From Nibrella viscosa (GTDB lineage Bacteria > Bacteroidota > Bacteroidia > Cytophagales > Spirosomataceae): DNA of 24,000 nucleotides. The stretch lies in assembly GCF_039541875.1 (NCBI RefSeq), contig NZ_BAABHB010000017.1:106538-130537 (forward strand). The letters run 5' to 3'. The notes beneath the pieces were generated by a model. The model made no database searches. It was given only the letters and a program-made list of their open reading frames with translations, and had not been told where the DNA came from. The position numbers were made by a program, and so were the translations under genes. This document shows, piece by piece, positions 14,072 through 23,032 of this stretch (position 1 is the stretch's first letter; the number at the start of each line of letters is the position of its first letter).

Positions 14072-15202
14072 ATGGTACCTATTCATTATTTCTGCGATAC
14101 GAACACCGTGGAGCAGAACGCTCTTGAACAACTGGAGCGGTACGCCGAAAATCCGTTTGTAGAGAAGATTTGTGCCTTTACGGATATTCATTTCTGCGAC
14201 GAAAAAGCCATTCCCGTGGGCGTAGCCTTCTCCACCACCGATTACGTCTATCCGCTCATTACGGGGAAGGACATCGGCTGTGGGGTCATGTACCTGCGCA
14301 TTAGCAAGGCCGACTGGCTCAGGCCCTTTAACAAGGCGGAACACTATAAAGCCTTCAACCTGGCCCACACCCGCATGACCGACGACGGCTTGGGGGGCGG
14401 CAACCACTTCCTGTCCATCGAAGAGGATGCCGATAACGTCTACGTCATTTGCCATACCGGCACCCGCGACCGGGGCATCGGTCTGTATCAGCAGTGCCTT
14501 GGGCTGACCCAGTCGTTTTCGGCTGAGTACGGACAGCAAGTGCAATTTGTTCACAAAGACTTTCTGGATGCCGGCTTCGTTGAGCAGTATAACCGAACGC
14601 TGCGGTTTGGCTACGAGCGCCGGAAAAACTTCTGCCTCAAAACACTTGTATTTCTACAGACGGCCAATTATGTCAGGGCCGAAAAGACACAGATCGACCC
14701 GAAATACCTGAGCAGCAACTTAGCCGGGTATGATGAAGAAGGAACGCTGAACGGAACATCGTACAAGCTGGAGGATTCGATTCACAATCACCTGCGGTTT
14801 GGCAACGGGTCAATTATCCACCGCAAGGGCAGTACTGAGTTAACGGCGGGCAAGACGGTGGTGATTCCCCTGTCGATGTCGCGGGGCAGTTTGCTAGTGA
14901 AGTTGAGCCACGAAACCCAGGGAGCGGATGCGCTGAATTCCTGCGCCCACGGGGCGGGCCGGCGGCTGTCGCGCTTTCAGGCCATGAAGCACTGGAAGAC
15001 GGGCCTCAAGGAAAAGGAACGACGGTCCTACAGGGAGCGCTTCTCTGAACTGCTCGACCGCTCGGGCGATTTCCCGAACGGATACATCCAGGAGTTCGAC
15101 TTCGCCTACAAGGATGCCTCGGAGCTATTTACGTATCAGCCTTACCTGAAAAAAATTACCCAGACCGAACCGATCGTGACGGTGAAGTACACAGAAATAT
15201 GA
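14072..15202 (+). CDS. rtcB: RtcB-family RNA 3'-phosphate/2',3'-cyclic phosphate ligase
   Basis: Motifs align to E. coli RtcB: TDIHF (PDVHLG), GKDIGCGV (GVDIGCGM), GGGNHFLSIE (GTGNHFIEI), ICHTGTRDRG (LHSGSRGIG), IHNHL (CHHNY), IPLSMSRGS (IPGSMGAKS), CAHGAGRR (CSHGAGR, the guanylylated His) and FAYKD (MAYKD). All metal/nucleophile residues appear present. The protein is shorter (376 aa) than E. coli RtcB. Confidence 0.9.
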   Translation: MVPIHYFCDTNTVEQNALEQLERYAENPFVEKICAFTDIHFCDEKAIPVGVAFSTTDYVYPLITGKDIGCGVMYLRISKADWLRPFNKAEHYKAFNLAHTRMTDDGLGGGNHFLSIEEDADNVYVICHTGTRDRGIGLYQQCLGLTQSFSAEYGQQVQFVHKDFLDAGFVEQYNRTLRFGYERRKNFCLKTLVFLQTANYVRAEKTQIDPKYLSSNLAGYDEEGTLNGTSYKLEDSIHNHLRFGNGSIIHRKGSTELTAGKTVVIPLSMSRGSLLVKLSHETQGADALNSCAHGAGRRLSRFQAMKHWKTGLKEKERRSYRERFSELLDRSGDFPNGYIQEFDFAYKDASELFTYQPYLKKITQTEPIVTVKYTEI

Positions 15203-15279
15203 TAAAACGACGGGAGGGTGTTGCTCCGGTTATTATTCATGGTTAAGTTGCTGACTATCTTGAAGATTACACCTCGCAT

Positions 15280-16938
15280 ATGTACCGACTTTATTTATGG
15301 CTGTTGCTGAGCCTGCTGGTAACGCATCCGTTAGTAGCCCAGAAAAGTATTAAGATTGCTGGGGGCAGAGCCCCGGCCGGCATTGAACGGCGACTGGCGC
15401 TGGTAGTAGGCAACAAAAATTATAATCGAACCGACGCCCGACTCACCAACCCCATCAATGATGCCAACGACATGGCCAATGCTCTGGAGTTACTGGGTTT
15501 TGAGGTGATTCTTAAAACCGACCTCAACCGCGTTGACTTTGAGCAGGCAGTAGATCAGTTTGGCGAACGGCTCAAACACTACGATGTGGGCCTGTTCTAC
15601 TACTCCGGTCACGGTCTACAGGCGCAGGGCGAGAATTACCTGGTGCCGGTTGATGCAGTAATTCGCAGTGAACCCCAGATACGCTACCACTGCATGGACC
15701 TAGGGCGGGTATTGGCGGCTATGGAGGGCTCTAATGCCTCCACCAATATCGTGCTGCTGGATGCCTGTCGTAACAACCCCTACAAGAAAAGCTGGAGCAA
15801 AGGCGGCTTGGCCGAAGGACTCACCATTCCGCGCAACCCGCCGGGCACCATAGTGGTGTTTGCCACCAGCGAAAACAGCGTGGCCGACGACAATACCGGC
15901 GAACGCAACGGGCTGTTTACGGCCAAGTTGCTGAAGAACATCCGGCAGCCCAACCGCTCGCTGAGTCAGATACTGGCCGAGACCCGACGTGGGGTCTACA
16001 CCCGTAGCAACAAACAGCAGGTACCGGCCGACTACAACAAATTGATGGGCGACTTTGTGTTTGTAATTCAGGATAAGGGCAAAAACGATACCAGAACCGC
16101 CGACCAGCCATTTGGCCCGGCCATGGTGTATGTGCGGGGCGGCAGCTTCCCGATGGGCAGCGAGGAAGGAGAAACCGACGAGAAGCCCGTTCACCAGGTA
16201 ACGGTGAGCGCATTTCTGATGGGTAAGTATGAGGTCACGGTAGCTGAGTTTGAGCAGTTCATTGAGGCTACCCGCTACCAGACCGATGCTGAAAAGGAAG
16301 GGCATAGCTATACATGGAACGGCAAAGATTGGAAGAAAATGGTGGGAGTCAATTGGCGGTGTGATGCCGAAGGAAACGTGCGACCTCGCAGCGATCAGAA
16401 TCACCCGGTTCTCCACGTAAGCTGGAACGATGCGGTGGCGTATTGCGAGTGGCTGAGCCGGCGAACTGGCAAACGCTACCGACTGCCGACGGAAGCCGAG
16501 TGGGAGTATGCGGCCGGCAACGGCAGCGCTCATACCAAATTTAGCTGGGGAGACATGGAGCCATCAGGGTTAATACAGTCAAATATAGCCGACCGGAGCG
16601 CAAAAGGTCTGTTAAGTTGGGCCAATGAAAACATTAATGATGGCTACAGGTACACAGCCCCGGTGGGAAGCTACGCACCGAACCGGTTTGGCTTGTACGA
16701 TATGACGGGCAATGTACATGAGTGGTGTCAGGACTTGTATAGTGACACTTATTATTCCAATTATTCCAGCGCCAGCGGCAATAATCCAACTGGTCCCGTT
16801 AGTGGCTCGTGCCGAGTCCTAAGGGGCGGTTGCTGGAACTCGATACCGCAGCACTGTCGGTCTACGGACCGAGGCTGCGAAAACCCAGCGATTCGTCACG
16901 ACCGCGTTGGTTTTCGTGTCGTATCACCAATTCAGTAA
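15280..16938 (+). CDS. Signal peptide + caspase-like (C14) domain + FGE-sulfatase/SUMF1-like domain protein
   Basis: 552 aa with N-terminus ..THPLVA QKSIKIAGG..ERRLALVVGNKNY. The C14 motifs are FYYSGHG and VLLDACRNNPY. The C-terminal SUMF1-type motifs are MVYVRGGSFPMGS, HQVTVSAFLMGKYEVT, HPVLHVSWNDAVAYCEWL, YRLPTEAEWEYAA, FGLYDMTGNVHEWCQD, RVLRGGCW and VGFRVV. Confidence 0.9.
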   Translation: MYRLYLWLLLSLLVTHPLVAQKSIKIAGGRAPAGIERRLALVVGNKNYNRTDARLTNPINDANDMANALELLGFEVILKTDLNRVDFEQAVDQFGERLKHYDVGLFYYSGHGLQAQGENYLVPVDAVIRSEPQIRYHCMDLGRVLAAMEGSNASTNIVLLDACRNNPYKKSWSKGGLAEGLTIPRNPPGTIVVFATSENSVADDNTGERNGLFTAKLLKNIRQPNRSLSQILAETRRGVYTRSNKQQVPADYNKLMGDFVFVIQDKGKNDTRTADQPFGPAMVYVRGGSFPMGSEEGETDEKPVHQVTVSAFLMGKYEVTVAEFEQFIEATRYQTDAEKEGHSYTWNGKDWKKMVGVNWRCDAEGNVRPRSDQNHPVLHVSWNDAVAYCEWLSRRTGKRYRLPTEAEWEYAAGNGSAHTKFSWGDMEPSGLIQSNIADRSAKGLLSWANENINDGYRYTAPVGSYAPNRFGLYDMTGNVHEWCQDLYSDTYYSNYSSASGNNPTGPVSGSCRVLRGGCWNSIPQHCRSTDRGCENPAIRHDRVGFRVVSPIQ

Positions 16939-16961
16939 ATAAGCATTCAGTTTAATTCCTG

Positions 16962-17752
16962 ATGGGCAATGTGCCACTAGTTCATTCGCGACGGCCGTTC
17001 AACCGCAGCGGAGGTCATCAGATTCCGGGCCGCTACGATGAGCTAAGGGGTGATTTTGTGTTTGTGCAGAAAGGTTTTTCTACACCTATTCTTGAGAAGT
17101 CAAAAACTGAACCTGTCAGTTCTAAATCTGTTCCGAACCGAACAGCCAAATTTTTAGACCTTCCTTTTGCAGAGATGGCCTATGTTGAAGGAGGCACTTT
17201 CCAGATGGGTGACCCAAATGGAATACAAGGTTATAATAAGGCACATGCGGTGACTGTGAGTAGCTTTTTGATGGGCAAATATGAAATAACAAGGCGGTAA
17301 TGGAAGAGTGTGATGGGCAGTCTACCTCCAAGTTTTAGTTCAACTCCAAAAGACTGTCAAGATTGTCCCGTTGAGCCGGTGACATGGGAAGAGATACAAA
17401 CGTTTTTGAAAACTGAACAAGCTAAGATATTTTGAACACAAAGCCGTATTACATGCCAGGTGTTGCAAGAGGCAAAATGTTACAAGTTGGTAGTTTTGAG
17501 CCTAATCGCTTAGGACTATATGACATGAGTGGTAACGCATCAGAATGGTGCAGTGACTGGGAAACTGGGTATTCTAATGAGGCTCAAGTAGATCCAACAG
17601 GACCTCCTACAGGGGATTTCAAAGTGGTACGAGGGGGGAGCTGTTGCGGGCGGTTGGACCAATGCCTGGTATTTGACCGGAATTTTGGTGATGCTACTCC
17701 CAGGTATCGACATCTATACATGGGCTTTAGAATTGTAGCCCCATCCAAATAA
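16962..17752 (+). pseudogene. Decayed caspase-FGE-sulfatase paralog (caspase domain deleted, in-frame stop, internal deletion/frameshift)
   Basis: Only the last ~20 caspase-domain codons are retained (SGGHQIPGRYDELRGDFVFVQ). The homologous frame is interrupted by TAA at 17298-17300 (..YEITRR*WKSVMG.. versus YEVTQRQWEAVMG in 18477-20168). About 45 codons, including the RLPTEAEWEYAA motif, are missing near 17410-17430, and the frame shifts there (frame of 16962 versus frame of 17432). The C-terminal motif is degraded (RGGSCCG instead of RGGSW). Confidence 0.75.
17003..17070 (+). repeat. 68-nt near-identical dispersed repeat (copy B), 5' end of the pseudogene
   Basis: See 6169-6236. This copy encodes the same SGGHQIPGRYDELRGDF(M/V)FVQ peptide. 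Confidence 0.85.
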
Positions 17753-17798
17753 TTTATAAAATTTAACTCTATCTACTGATAAGCTTTTCCCCCACCCG

Positions 17799-17822
17799 CT
17801 ATAAACCGGCAGAACTGAAACA
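17799..17822 (+). promoter_or_regulatory. Conserved 24-nt leader motif CTATAAACCGGCAGAA(A/C)TGAAACA (copy 2), ending 12 nt upstream of the ATG at 17834
   Basis: 23/24 nt are identical to 7044-7067 with identical spacing to the start codon. GGCAGAA (17808-17814) is complementary to TTCTGCC (17846-17852) inside the CDS. Confidence 0.5.
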
Positions 17823-17833
17823 AAAACACATTC

Positions 17834-18184
17834 ATGAAAACGCTTTTCTGCCTTTTTGCTTTTGCTCTCCTGATGGCCGCCAATCAGGCTCTCCCCGCTA
17901 AATCGGCTGCATCCGGCGGCCGGGGATATTACTATGCCATCGTTTTTAACAATAAACCGGCCCAGGTCCAGTTTTCCACTGCCTTTTTTGCCGATTGTCA
18001 GGAGAACACGCTCTATCAGCGGATTGCCAACTACGCCCAGAACAACGGTTACGGGCAGTACCGGCTGGTAGGACCCTTTGCGCAAACCGAAGTGGAAGCG
18101 GCCCGTCAGTACGCCAAACAGCAGTGGTATAACAGCGGCTACGCCGTGGCGGGCGATAACAACTACGTCGGTGATTGTTACTGA
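17834..18184 (+). CDS. Small secreted protein of unknown function (two conserved Cys), paralog of 7079-7426
   Basis: 116 aa with a hydrophobic N-terminus. The same GYYYAIV...LYQRIA.YA..NG..YRL.GPF...AKQQW...GDCY-stop pattern and the same leader motif as the paralog are present. Confidence 0.7.
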   Translation: MKTLFCLFAFALLMAANQALPAKSAASGGRGYYYAIVFNNKPAQVQFSTAFFADCQENTLYQRIANYAQNNGYGQYRLVGPFAQTEVEAARQYAKQQWYNSGYAVAGDNNYVGDCY

Positions 18185-18251
18185 GACTGCTACGCAGAGT
18201 GGTGAAAGTACACCTATCAGTAATGTCTAAGTAGTTTTACCGTTCAGAAAA

Positions 18252-18274
18252 TCAGCCGGCTATTGGCCGGCTGA
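18252..18274 (+). terminator. Possible terminator hairpin after the small-protein gene
   Basis: In tcagccgg-ctattgg-ccggctga, an 8-9 bp GC-rich stem lies 68 nt after the stop at 18184. No U-tract follows, so the assignment is weak. Confidence 0.3.
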
Positions 18275-18476
18275 ACTATTGCATTAGAAAGTAACTCTGC
18301 GTAAACTTGGTTTCCTAAAGCGGTTAGACTAAAATCCACATAAGTATAAAATCGCTAAATAATTAAAAACTATTATAGCAAAGATTCTGAGTAAAACCGC
18401 CTTTTTGCCTGCATTGGCGGGTGCTAAGTCGACAATATGCTGCACCAGGGCTGTCAGCACCCGGTAACTTTTAAAC

Positions 18477-20168
18477 ATGATAAACTACTCTTTTTGCAAG
18501 GCAATGCGTTTTCTGTTGCTGGCTTATGGGCTATGGCTAAGCCAACTCGGTCTGGCCCAGTCCCGTAGTATCAAAATTGTGGGTGGGCAGGTCCCATCGG
18601 GCACCGAACGCCGGCTGGCACTGGTGATCGGCAATAAAGATTACCGGCATGTGAGAGCCCTAAAGAACCCCCTCAACGATGCTCAGGATATGAGCAATGC
18701 ACTGGAACAAATCGGCTTTGAGGTTATTACCCTGACCAATACTACTTTTGGCCAGATGATTGCGGGCCTGAACCGCTTCAAGGATAAATTAACCACGTCG
18801 GATGTGGCCCTGTTGTACTACTCCGGTCATGGGGTGAGCTACAATGGCCGTAACTACTTAATGCCCATCGATGCGGAGTTGCGCTGTCTGGAACAAATCG
18901 AAGAAAATAGCGTCTCACTTAACCGTGTATTGGCCGATATTGCCGCCCGGCAGGTTCGTAATAGCTTTGTGTTCCTAGATGCCTGCCGTAATTTGCCCGA
19001 TCTGAGCATCTGCAATGGCACGCAAAAAGATGTCACGTTGCAGACGGGCCTGGTGCGACCAACTAATAACCCTCGTGGCAGTATGATTGTGTTTGCTACT
19101 GAAGAGGGTAACACCGCCGATGATAATGTAAATGGTCGTAATGGTCTGTTTACCGAAGCACTGCTGAAGTATTTAACTAAGCCTAATCTAAGTATTCGTG
19201 CCATCCTGGACCAAACGGATTTGGAAGCAGAAGCCAAAAGTGGTGGTCGTCAATCGCCCGCCCGCTACGATAAGATCCGTGGAGAGTTTATGTTTGTTAT
19301 ACAAACTCCGGCTGATCCTTTGCCAGTGACCCCTGCCCCAAGTAACGCAGAGAGCGTGACGCGTTCAGAACCTGCCAGAAGGCAAAACCAAACGAAACCT
19401 ATTGCCTCCGGAAAACCTACGCTTACCCCTACTCGTCTTACCAATTATTTAGACTTGCCGTTTGCCGATCTGGTCTATGTTCCGGGCGGTTCCTTTCAGA
19501 TGGGGGATACCCGCAATGAAGGGTCTGGAAATGAAACTCCTGATCATCGTGTCATCGTCAGCTCATTTATGATGGGTAAATACGAAGTGACCCAGCGCCA
19601 GTGGGAGGCTGTTATGGGTAACAATCCAGCTTACTTTAAAGACTGCCCCGACTGCCCGGTGGAGAGTGTCTCATGGGAAGAAGTGCAGGAGTTTTTAAGA
19701 AAACTCAACATTCGGACGAATATGCGCTATCGGCTGCCAACGGAGGCTGAGTGGGAATATGCCGCCGGCGGAGGAGATGTAGCTAATCGGAGCCGTTTTG
19801 GTAATGGACAAGATACACTGGACCCATCGCAGGTAAACTTTGATGGCAATGGACAATACATAACACCCTACTCAGTAAGTGGAAAATATAGGAATAAAAC
19901 GGTCGAAGTAGGGAGTCTTGAGCCAAATCAGTTGGGCTTATACAATATGAGTGGCAGTGTATGGGAGTGGTGTCAGGACTGGTACGGGGATTACAGTAGT
20001 GCTGAACAAACCAATCCGACCGGTCCTGCTACAGGCTCTTATCGCGTGTTGCGGGGTGGTAGCTGGTTCACTGAACCTCAGCGCTGCCGGTCATCGTACC
20101 GTGGCCGTAACACCCCTGAGTCGCGGTTTAATTATGTAGGTTTAAGAATTGTATTATCGATACCATGA
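18477..20168 (+). CDS. Signal peptide + caspase-like (C14) domain + FGE-sulfatase/SUMF1-like domain protein
   Basis: 563 aa. An alternative start at ATG 18504 would give MRFLLLAYGLWLSQLGLA QSRSIKIVGG. The C14 motifs are LALVIGNKDY, LYYSGHG and VFLDACRN. A Pro/Thr-rich linker follows. The SUMF1-type motifs are LVYVPGGSFQMGD, YRLPTEAEWEYAAGGG, LGLYNMSGSVWEWCQDWY, RVLRGGSW and VGLRIV. Confidence 0.9.
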   Translation: MINYSFCKAMRFLLLAYGLWLSQLGLAQSRSIKIVGGQVPSGTERRLALVIGNKDYRHVRALKNPLNDAQDMSNALEQIGFEVITLTNTTFGQMIAGLNRFKDKLTTSDVALLYYSGHGVSYNGRNYLMPIDAELRCLEQIEENSVSLNRVLADIAARQVRNSFVFLDACRNLPDLSICNGTQKDVTLQTGLVRPTNNPRGSMIVFATEEGNTADDNVNGRNGLFTEALLKYLTKPNLSIRAILDQTDLEAEAKSGGRQSPARYDKIRGEFMFVIQTPADPLPVTPAPSNAESVTRSEPARRQNQTKPIASGKPTLTPTRLTNYLDLPFADLVYVPGGSFQMGDTRNEGSGNETPDHRVIVSSFMMGKYEVTQRQWEAVMGNNPAYFKDCPDCPVESVSWEEVQEFLRKLNIRTNMRYRLPTEAEWEYAAGGGDVANRSRFGNGQDTLDPSQVNFDGNGQYITPYSVSGKYRNKTVEVGSLEPNQLGLYNMSGSVWEWCQDWYGDYSSAEQTNPTGPATGSYRVLRGGSWFTEPQRCRSSYRGRNTPESRFNYVGLRIVLSIP

Positions 20169-20356
20169 CAAGACGAACTCCTGTTCTGCGCCTTGTTTTT
20201 GAAGGAGGTAGAGATAGTTGGGTTATAGTCAGGTTTGCGAGTTCAAAAACGTTCAAAAAGCACTCTGACCTCTCAGTTAATTACGGGATATGCCGCTCCT
20301 AATCGACTGGCTATTTCAAAAGATCTGATTGTATAGTATACTACCCCATTCGACCT

Positions 20357-23032
20357 ATGCAAACAATTATTTACCGTTTTTATTTCTGGCTGATCTTTTG
20401 GGTGGAGCTCTTTGGAACTTTGACTCTCCAGGCTCAAAGCCCCGCATTATCTGAATCGCCTTTGGCGGGGCATATAAATCAGGTTCATTCGGTAGCCTTC
20501 ACCCCTAATGGCACTCGCTTCGTCTCAGGTAGCGAGGATGGCACCCTCAAGCTTTGGGATGCTCAGACCGCTACGTTGATCAAAACAATTACCGGCCATA
20601 GTGATGCAGTAACTTCAGTAGCCTTTAGCCCGGATGGTAGCATATTGCTATCGGGCAGCAAAGACAAAACGCTCCGATTGTGGGATGCCCAAACCGGTAA
20701 GTTACTGAAGACCCTAACCGGACATAGTAAGGCTGTGAACTCCGTGGCCTACAACTCCGATGGCACTCGTCTGCTCTCGGGAAGTGACGATGCAACAATC
20801 AAATTATGGGATAGCCAGACGGGTAACATGCTTAAATCTATAGTCGGTCATGAGAATAGCGTTGAAGCCGTTGCTTTTAGCCCCGATGGCACCCGATTAC
20901 TATCGGGGGGTAGAGATAAGACGTTGAAGTTATGGAGAACTTCGACGGGCAAGCTTCTCAACACGTTGTATGGTCATGATTATCACGTAACATCAGTTGC
21001 ATTTAGCCCTGATGGGAACTACCTGTTGTCAGGAAGTAGCGGCATGACTGGAACTGCTATTCTTTGGGACGCTCGGACTGGCAAGCAAATTTCAGAAAAT
21101 AAATTATATGGTAAGGCTCCGGTTACCTTTAGTCCAGATGGTACCCGTTTGATGGTAGTTGGTTGGGAAGATGTAAAATTATTGGATCTCAAAACCGGTA
21201 AATGGCAGCTACTAAAAGGACATAGTGATTTGGTCCTTTGTTTAGCTTTTAGCCCCGATGGTACTCGTGTGCTTTCAGGCAGTTATGATAACACTATTAA
21301 ACTATGGAATGCCCAAACGGGTAGACTGCTTCAGAGTACATCCAGTGGTCATAACAGACAAGCTGATGCCGTAGCTTTTAGCCCAGATGGAACTCGAATG
21401 CTGTCAGGTAGTAGGGACAAAACTATCAAAATCTGGAGTGCTGAAAATGGTAATCTACTCCATAGCCTGACAGGTAAGTTTGATTGGGTTCGATCAGCAA
21501 CCTTTAGCCCCAGCGGTAAGAGCATGTTAGTGGCTATTGATGGAGATAATGATGTTTTTACGCTCTATGACGCGCAAACCGGTAAGTCGCTCTGGACACA
21601 GACAGCATGGGCAAACTGGGGTAAAACATTGGCCTTCAGCCCAAACGAGACCTTTTTTGTATCAGCTAATGGCTCTTCTATTAAGGTATATAATACCCAG
21701 ACAGGCAGTTTGCTCAAAACGATGACCTCGGACGCCAATGTTGAGGTTAATACACTTGCTTTTGACGCAGACGGCAACCGCCTGGTATCAGGTAGTTCGT
21801 CAAGGAGTAAATCAGGTAGTAATGTTCTAAATATTTGGGACACCCAGGCGGGAAAGTTACTTCAGACCCTTCCGGGTCATACATCGGCAGTCACATCTGT
21901 TGCTTTAACTCCCGACGGCAATCGTTTACTATCGGCAGGCGAAGACAGTACGCTCAAACTGTGGGATCTAAAAACAGACGATGAACTAACTTCCATGACG
22001 ACAGTCGCTCCGGCAGTCGGCTTCCATTTTTTGGATGAAGGTCGTCAGGTGCTAGTCATAACCAAAGCCAACATTCTTGAAGTGCGCGAGACAGCCACCC
22101 TTAAGCTCTTAAAGACCTACGAGAACACTGGTTTCTTTACTGACCCCAACTACCAGCCCCCGCTTACGCCTGATGGGCAGTACGAGATTTACGTCTATTA
22201 CCAGTCGGCTTTTCTCAAACCTGCCCGTTCGTTCGTAGCTTCCAGTCAACCTACAACTGTGTCTCAGCAAGTAGTGACTAAACCTACGGGTGCTTCAACA
22301 TCTACTACGTCGGTAAAGCCGTCTTCACCCCCTGTCTCTACCCTGACCAAACGCTACGCCCTGGTGATCGGGAACTCCGGCTATAAAGCCGGCCGTGAAC
22401 TGGCCGGGCGGCCCCTCAACGATGCCCGCGACATCACCGCCCGGCTACAGGCACTGGGCTTCACCGTTACTAAACATGAGGACCTAACTGATAAGCAGGC
22501 ATTCGAGAGAGCTTTCCAGCAGTTTGGCCGACAAGCTCGTGGAGCCGATGTGGCTCTGTTCTTCTACGCCGGGCACGGTATCGAAGTAGCGGGAGAGAAC
22601 TATATCATCCCGATCGGGGCTACCCTGGAACAGAAAGAAGATGTGCGGTACGAAGCCTTCCCCGTCAACACCGTACTGGAGGAATATCGCGAATTAGGCG
22701 CTAAAAACAGCGTGGTACTGCTGGATGCCTGCCGCGAAAACCCGTTCCGAAGCTGGGGGCGCGATGGGGGTGGTCGGGGCTTCAAGACTATCGATCTGGC
22801 AAAGGTGCAATTGGATAATCTGTTCATCGGCTACGCCACGGCCCCTGGCAGCGTGGCCCAAAACGGCTCCGGCCGCAACGGTACCTTCACCACGGCCCTG
22901 CTTAAATACCTCCGCCAGGGTGAGCGGTTTGACGACATCTTTCAGGACACAACCAACGAGGTGCTGACCATGACGAACAACACGCAGCGGCCATTTCAAA
23001 CGTCCAGTTTGCGGACGCGTTTGATTTTCTAA
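20357..23032 (+). CDS. Signal peptide + ~12 WD40 repeats + conserved module + caspase-like (C14) domain protein
   Basis: 891 aa with N-terminus ..GTLTLQA QSPALSESPLAGH. It has about 12 WD40 units, several of them degenerate. The module LEVRETATLKLLKTYENTGFFTD..TPDGQYEIYVYY lies at nt ~22075-22218 and is followed by a Ser/Thr/Pro-rich linker. The C14 motifs are YALVIGNSGY..LNDA..FFYAGHG..VLLDACRENPF. Confidence 0.9.
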   Translation: MQTIIYRFYFWLIFWVELFGTLTLQAQSPALSESPLAGHINQVHSVAFTPNGTRFVSGSEDGTLKLWDAQTATLIKTITGHSDAVTSVAFSPDGSILLSGSKDKTLRLWDAQTGKLLKTLTGHSKAVNSVAYNSDGTRLLSGSDDATIKLWDSQTGNMLKSIVGHENSVEAVAFSPDGTRLLSGGRDKTLKLWRTSTGKLLNTLYGHDYHVTSVAFSPDGNYLLSGSSGMTGTAILWDARTGKQISENKLYGKAPVTFSPDGTRLMVVGWEDVKLLDLKTGKWQLLKGHSDLVLCLAFSPDGTRVLSGSYDNTIKLWNAQTGRLLQSTSSGHNRQADAVAFSPDGTRMLSGSRDKTIKIWSAENGNLLHSLTGKFDWVRSATFSPSGKSMLVAIDGDNDVFTLYDAQTGKSLWTQTAWANWGKTLAFSPNETFFVSANGSSIKVYNTQTGSLLKTMTSDANVEVNTLAFDADGNRLVSGSSSRSKSGSNVLNIWDTQAGKLLQTLPGHTSAVTSVALTPDGNRLLSAGEDSTLKLWDLKTDDELTSMTTVAPAVGFHFLDEGRQVLVITKANILEVRETATLKLLKTYENTGFFTDPNYQPPLTPDGQYEIYVYYQSAFLKPARSFVASSQPTTVSQQVVTKPTGASTSTTSVKPSSPPVSTLTKRYALVIGNSGYKAGRELAGRPLNDARDITARLQALGFTVTKHEDLTDKQAFERAFQQFGRQARGADVALFFYAGHGIEVAGENYIIPIGATLEQKEDVRYEAFPVNTVLEEYRELGAKNSVVLLDACRENPFRSWGRDGGGRGFKTIDLAKVQLDNLFIGYATAPGSVAQNGSGRNGTFTTALLKYLRQGERFDDIFQDTTNEVLTMTNNTQRPFQTSSLRTRLIF

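Noticed and set aside
13868-14554. 228-aa ORF on the minus strand overlapping the 5' part of rtcB. Similar long antisense ORFs lie at 15700-16533, 4808-5389, 10218-10658 and 22694-23128.
   Set aside because: All lie fully antisense to plus-strand genes that have strong, recognisable domain content. Their translations are low-complexity, Gly/Pro/Arg-rich shadow-frame products with no recognisable motifs. I treat them as frame shadows of GC-rich coding sequence.
20040-20168. Diversity-generating retroelement (DGR) target. The FGE-sulfatase/C-type-lectin fold C-terminus (RGGSW....R.....P..R....GFR) is the classic DGR variable region, and the paralogs differ most exactly there.
   Set aside because: There is no reverse transcriptase and no template repeat in the window. 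The three C-terminal regions (16800-16938, 17620-17752, 20040-20168) are too divergent at the DNA level and do not differ specifically at adenine positions. A DGR elsewhere in the genome cannot be excluded.
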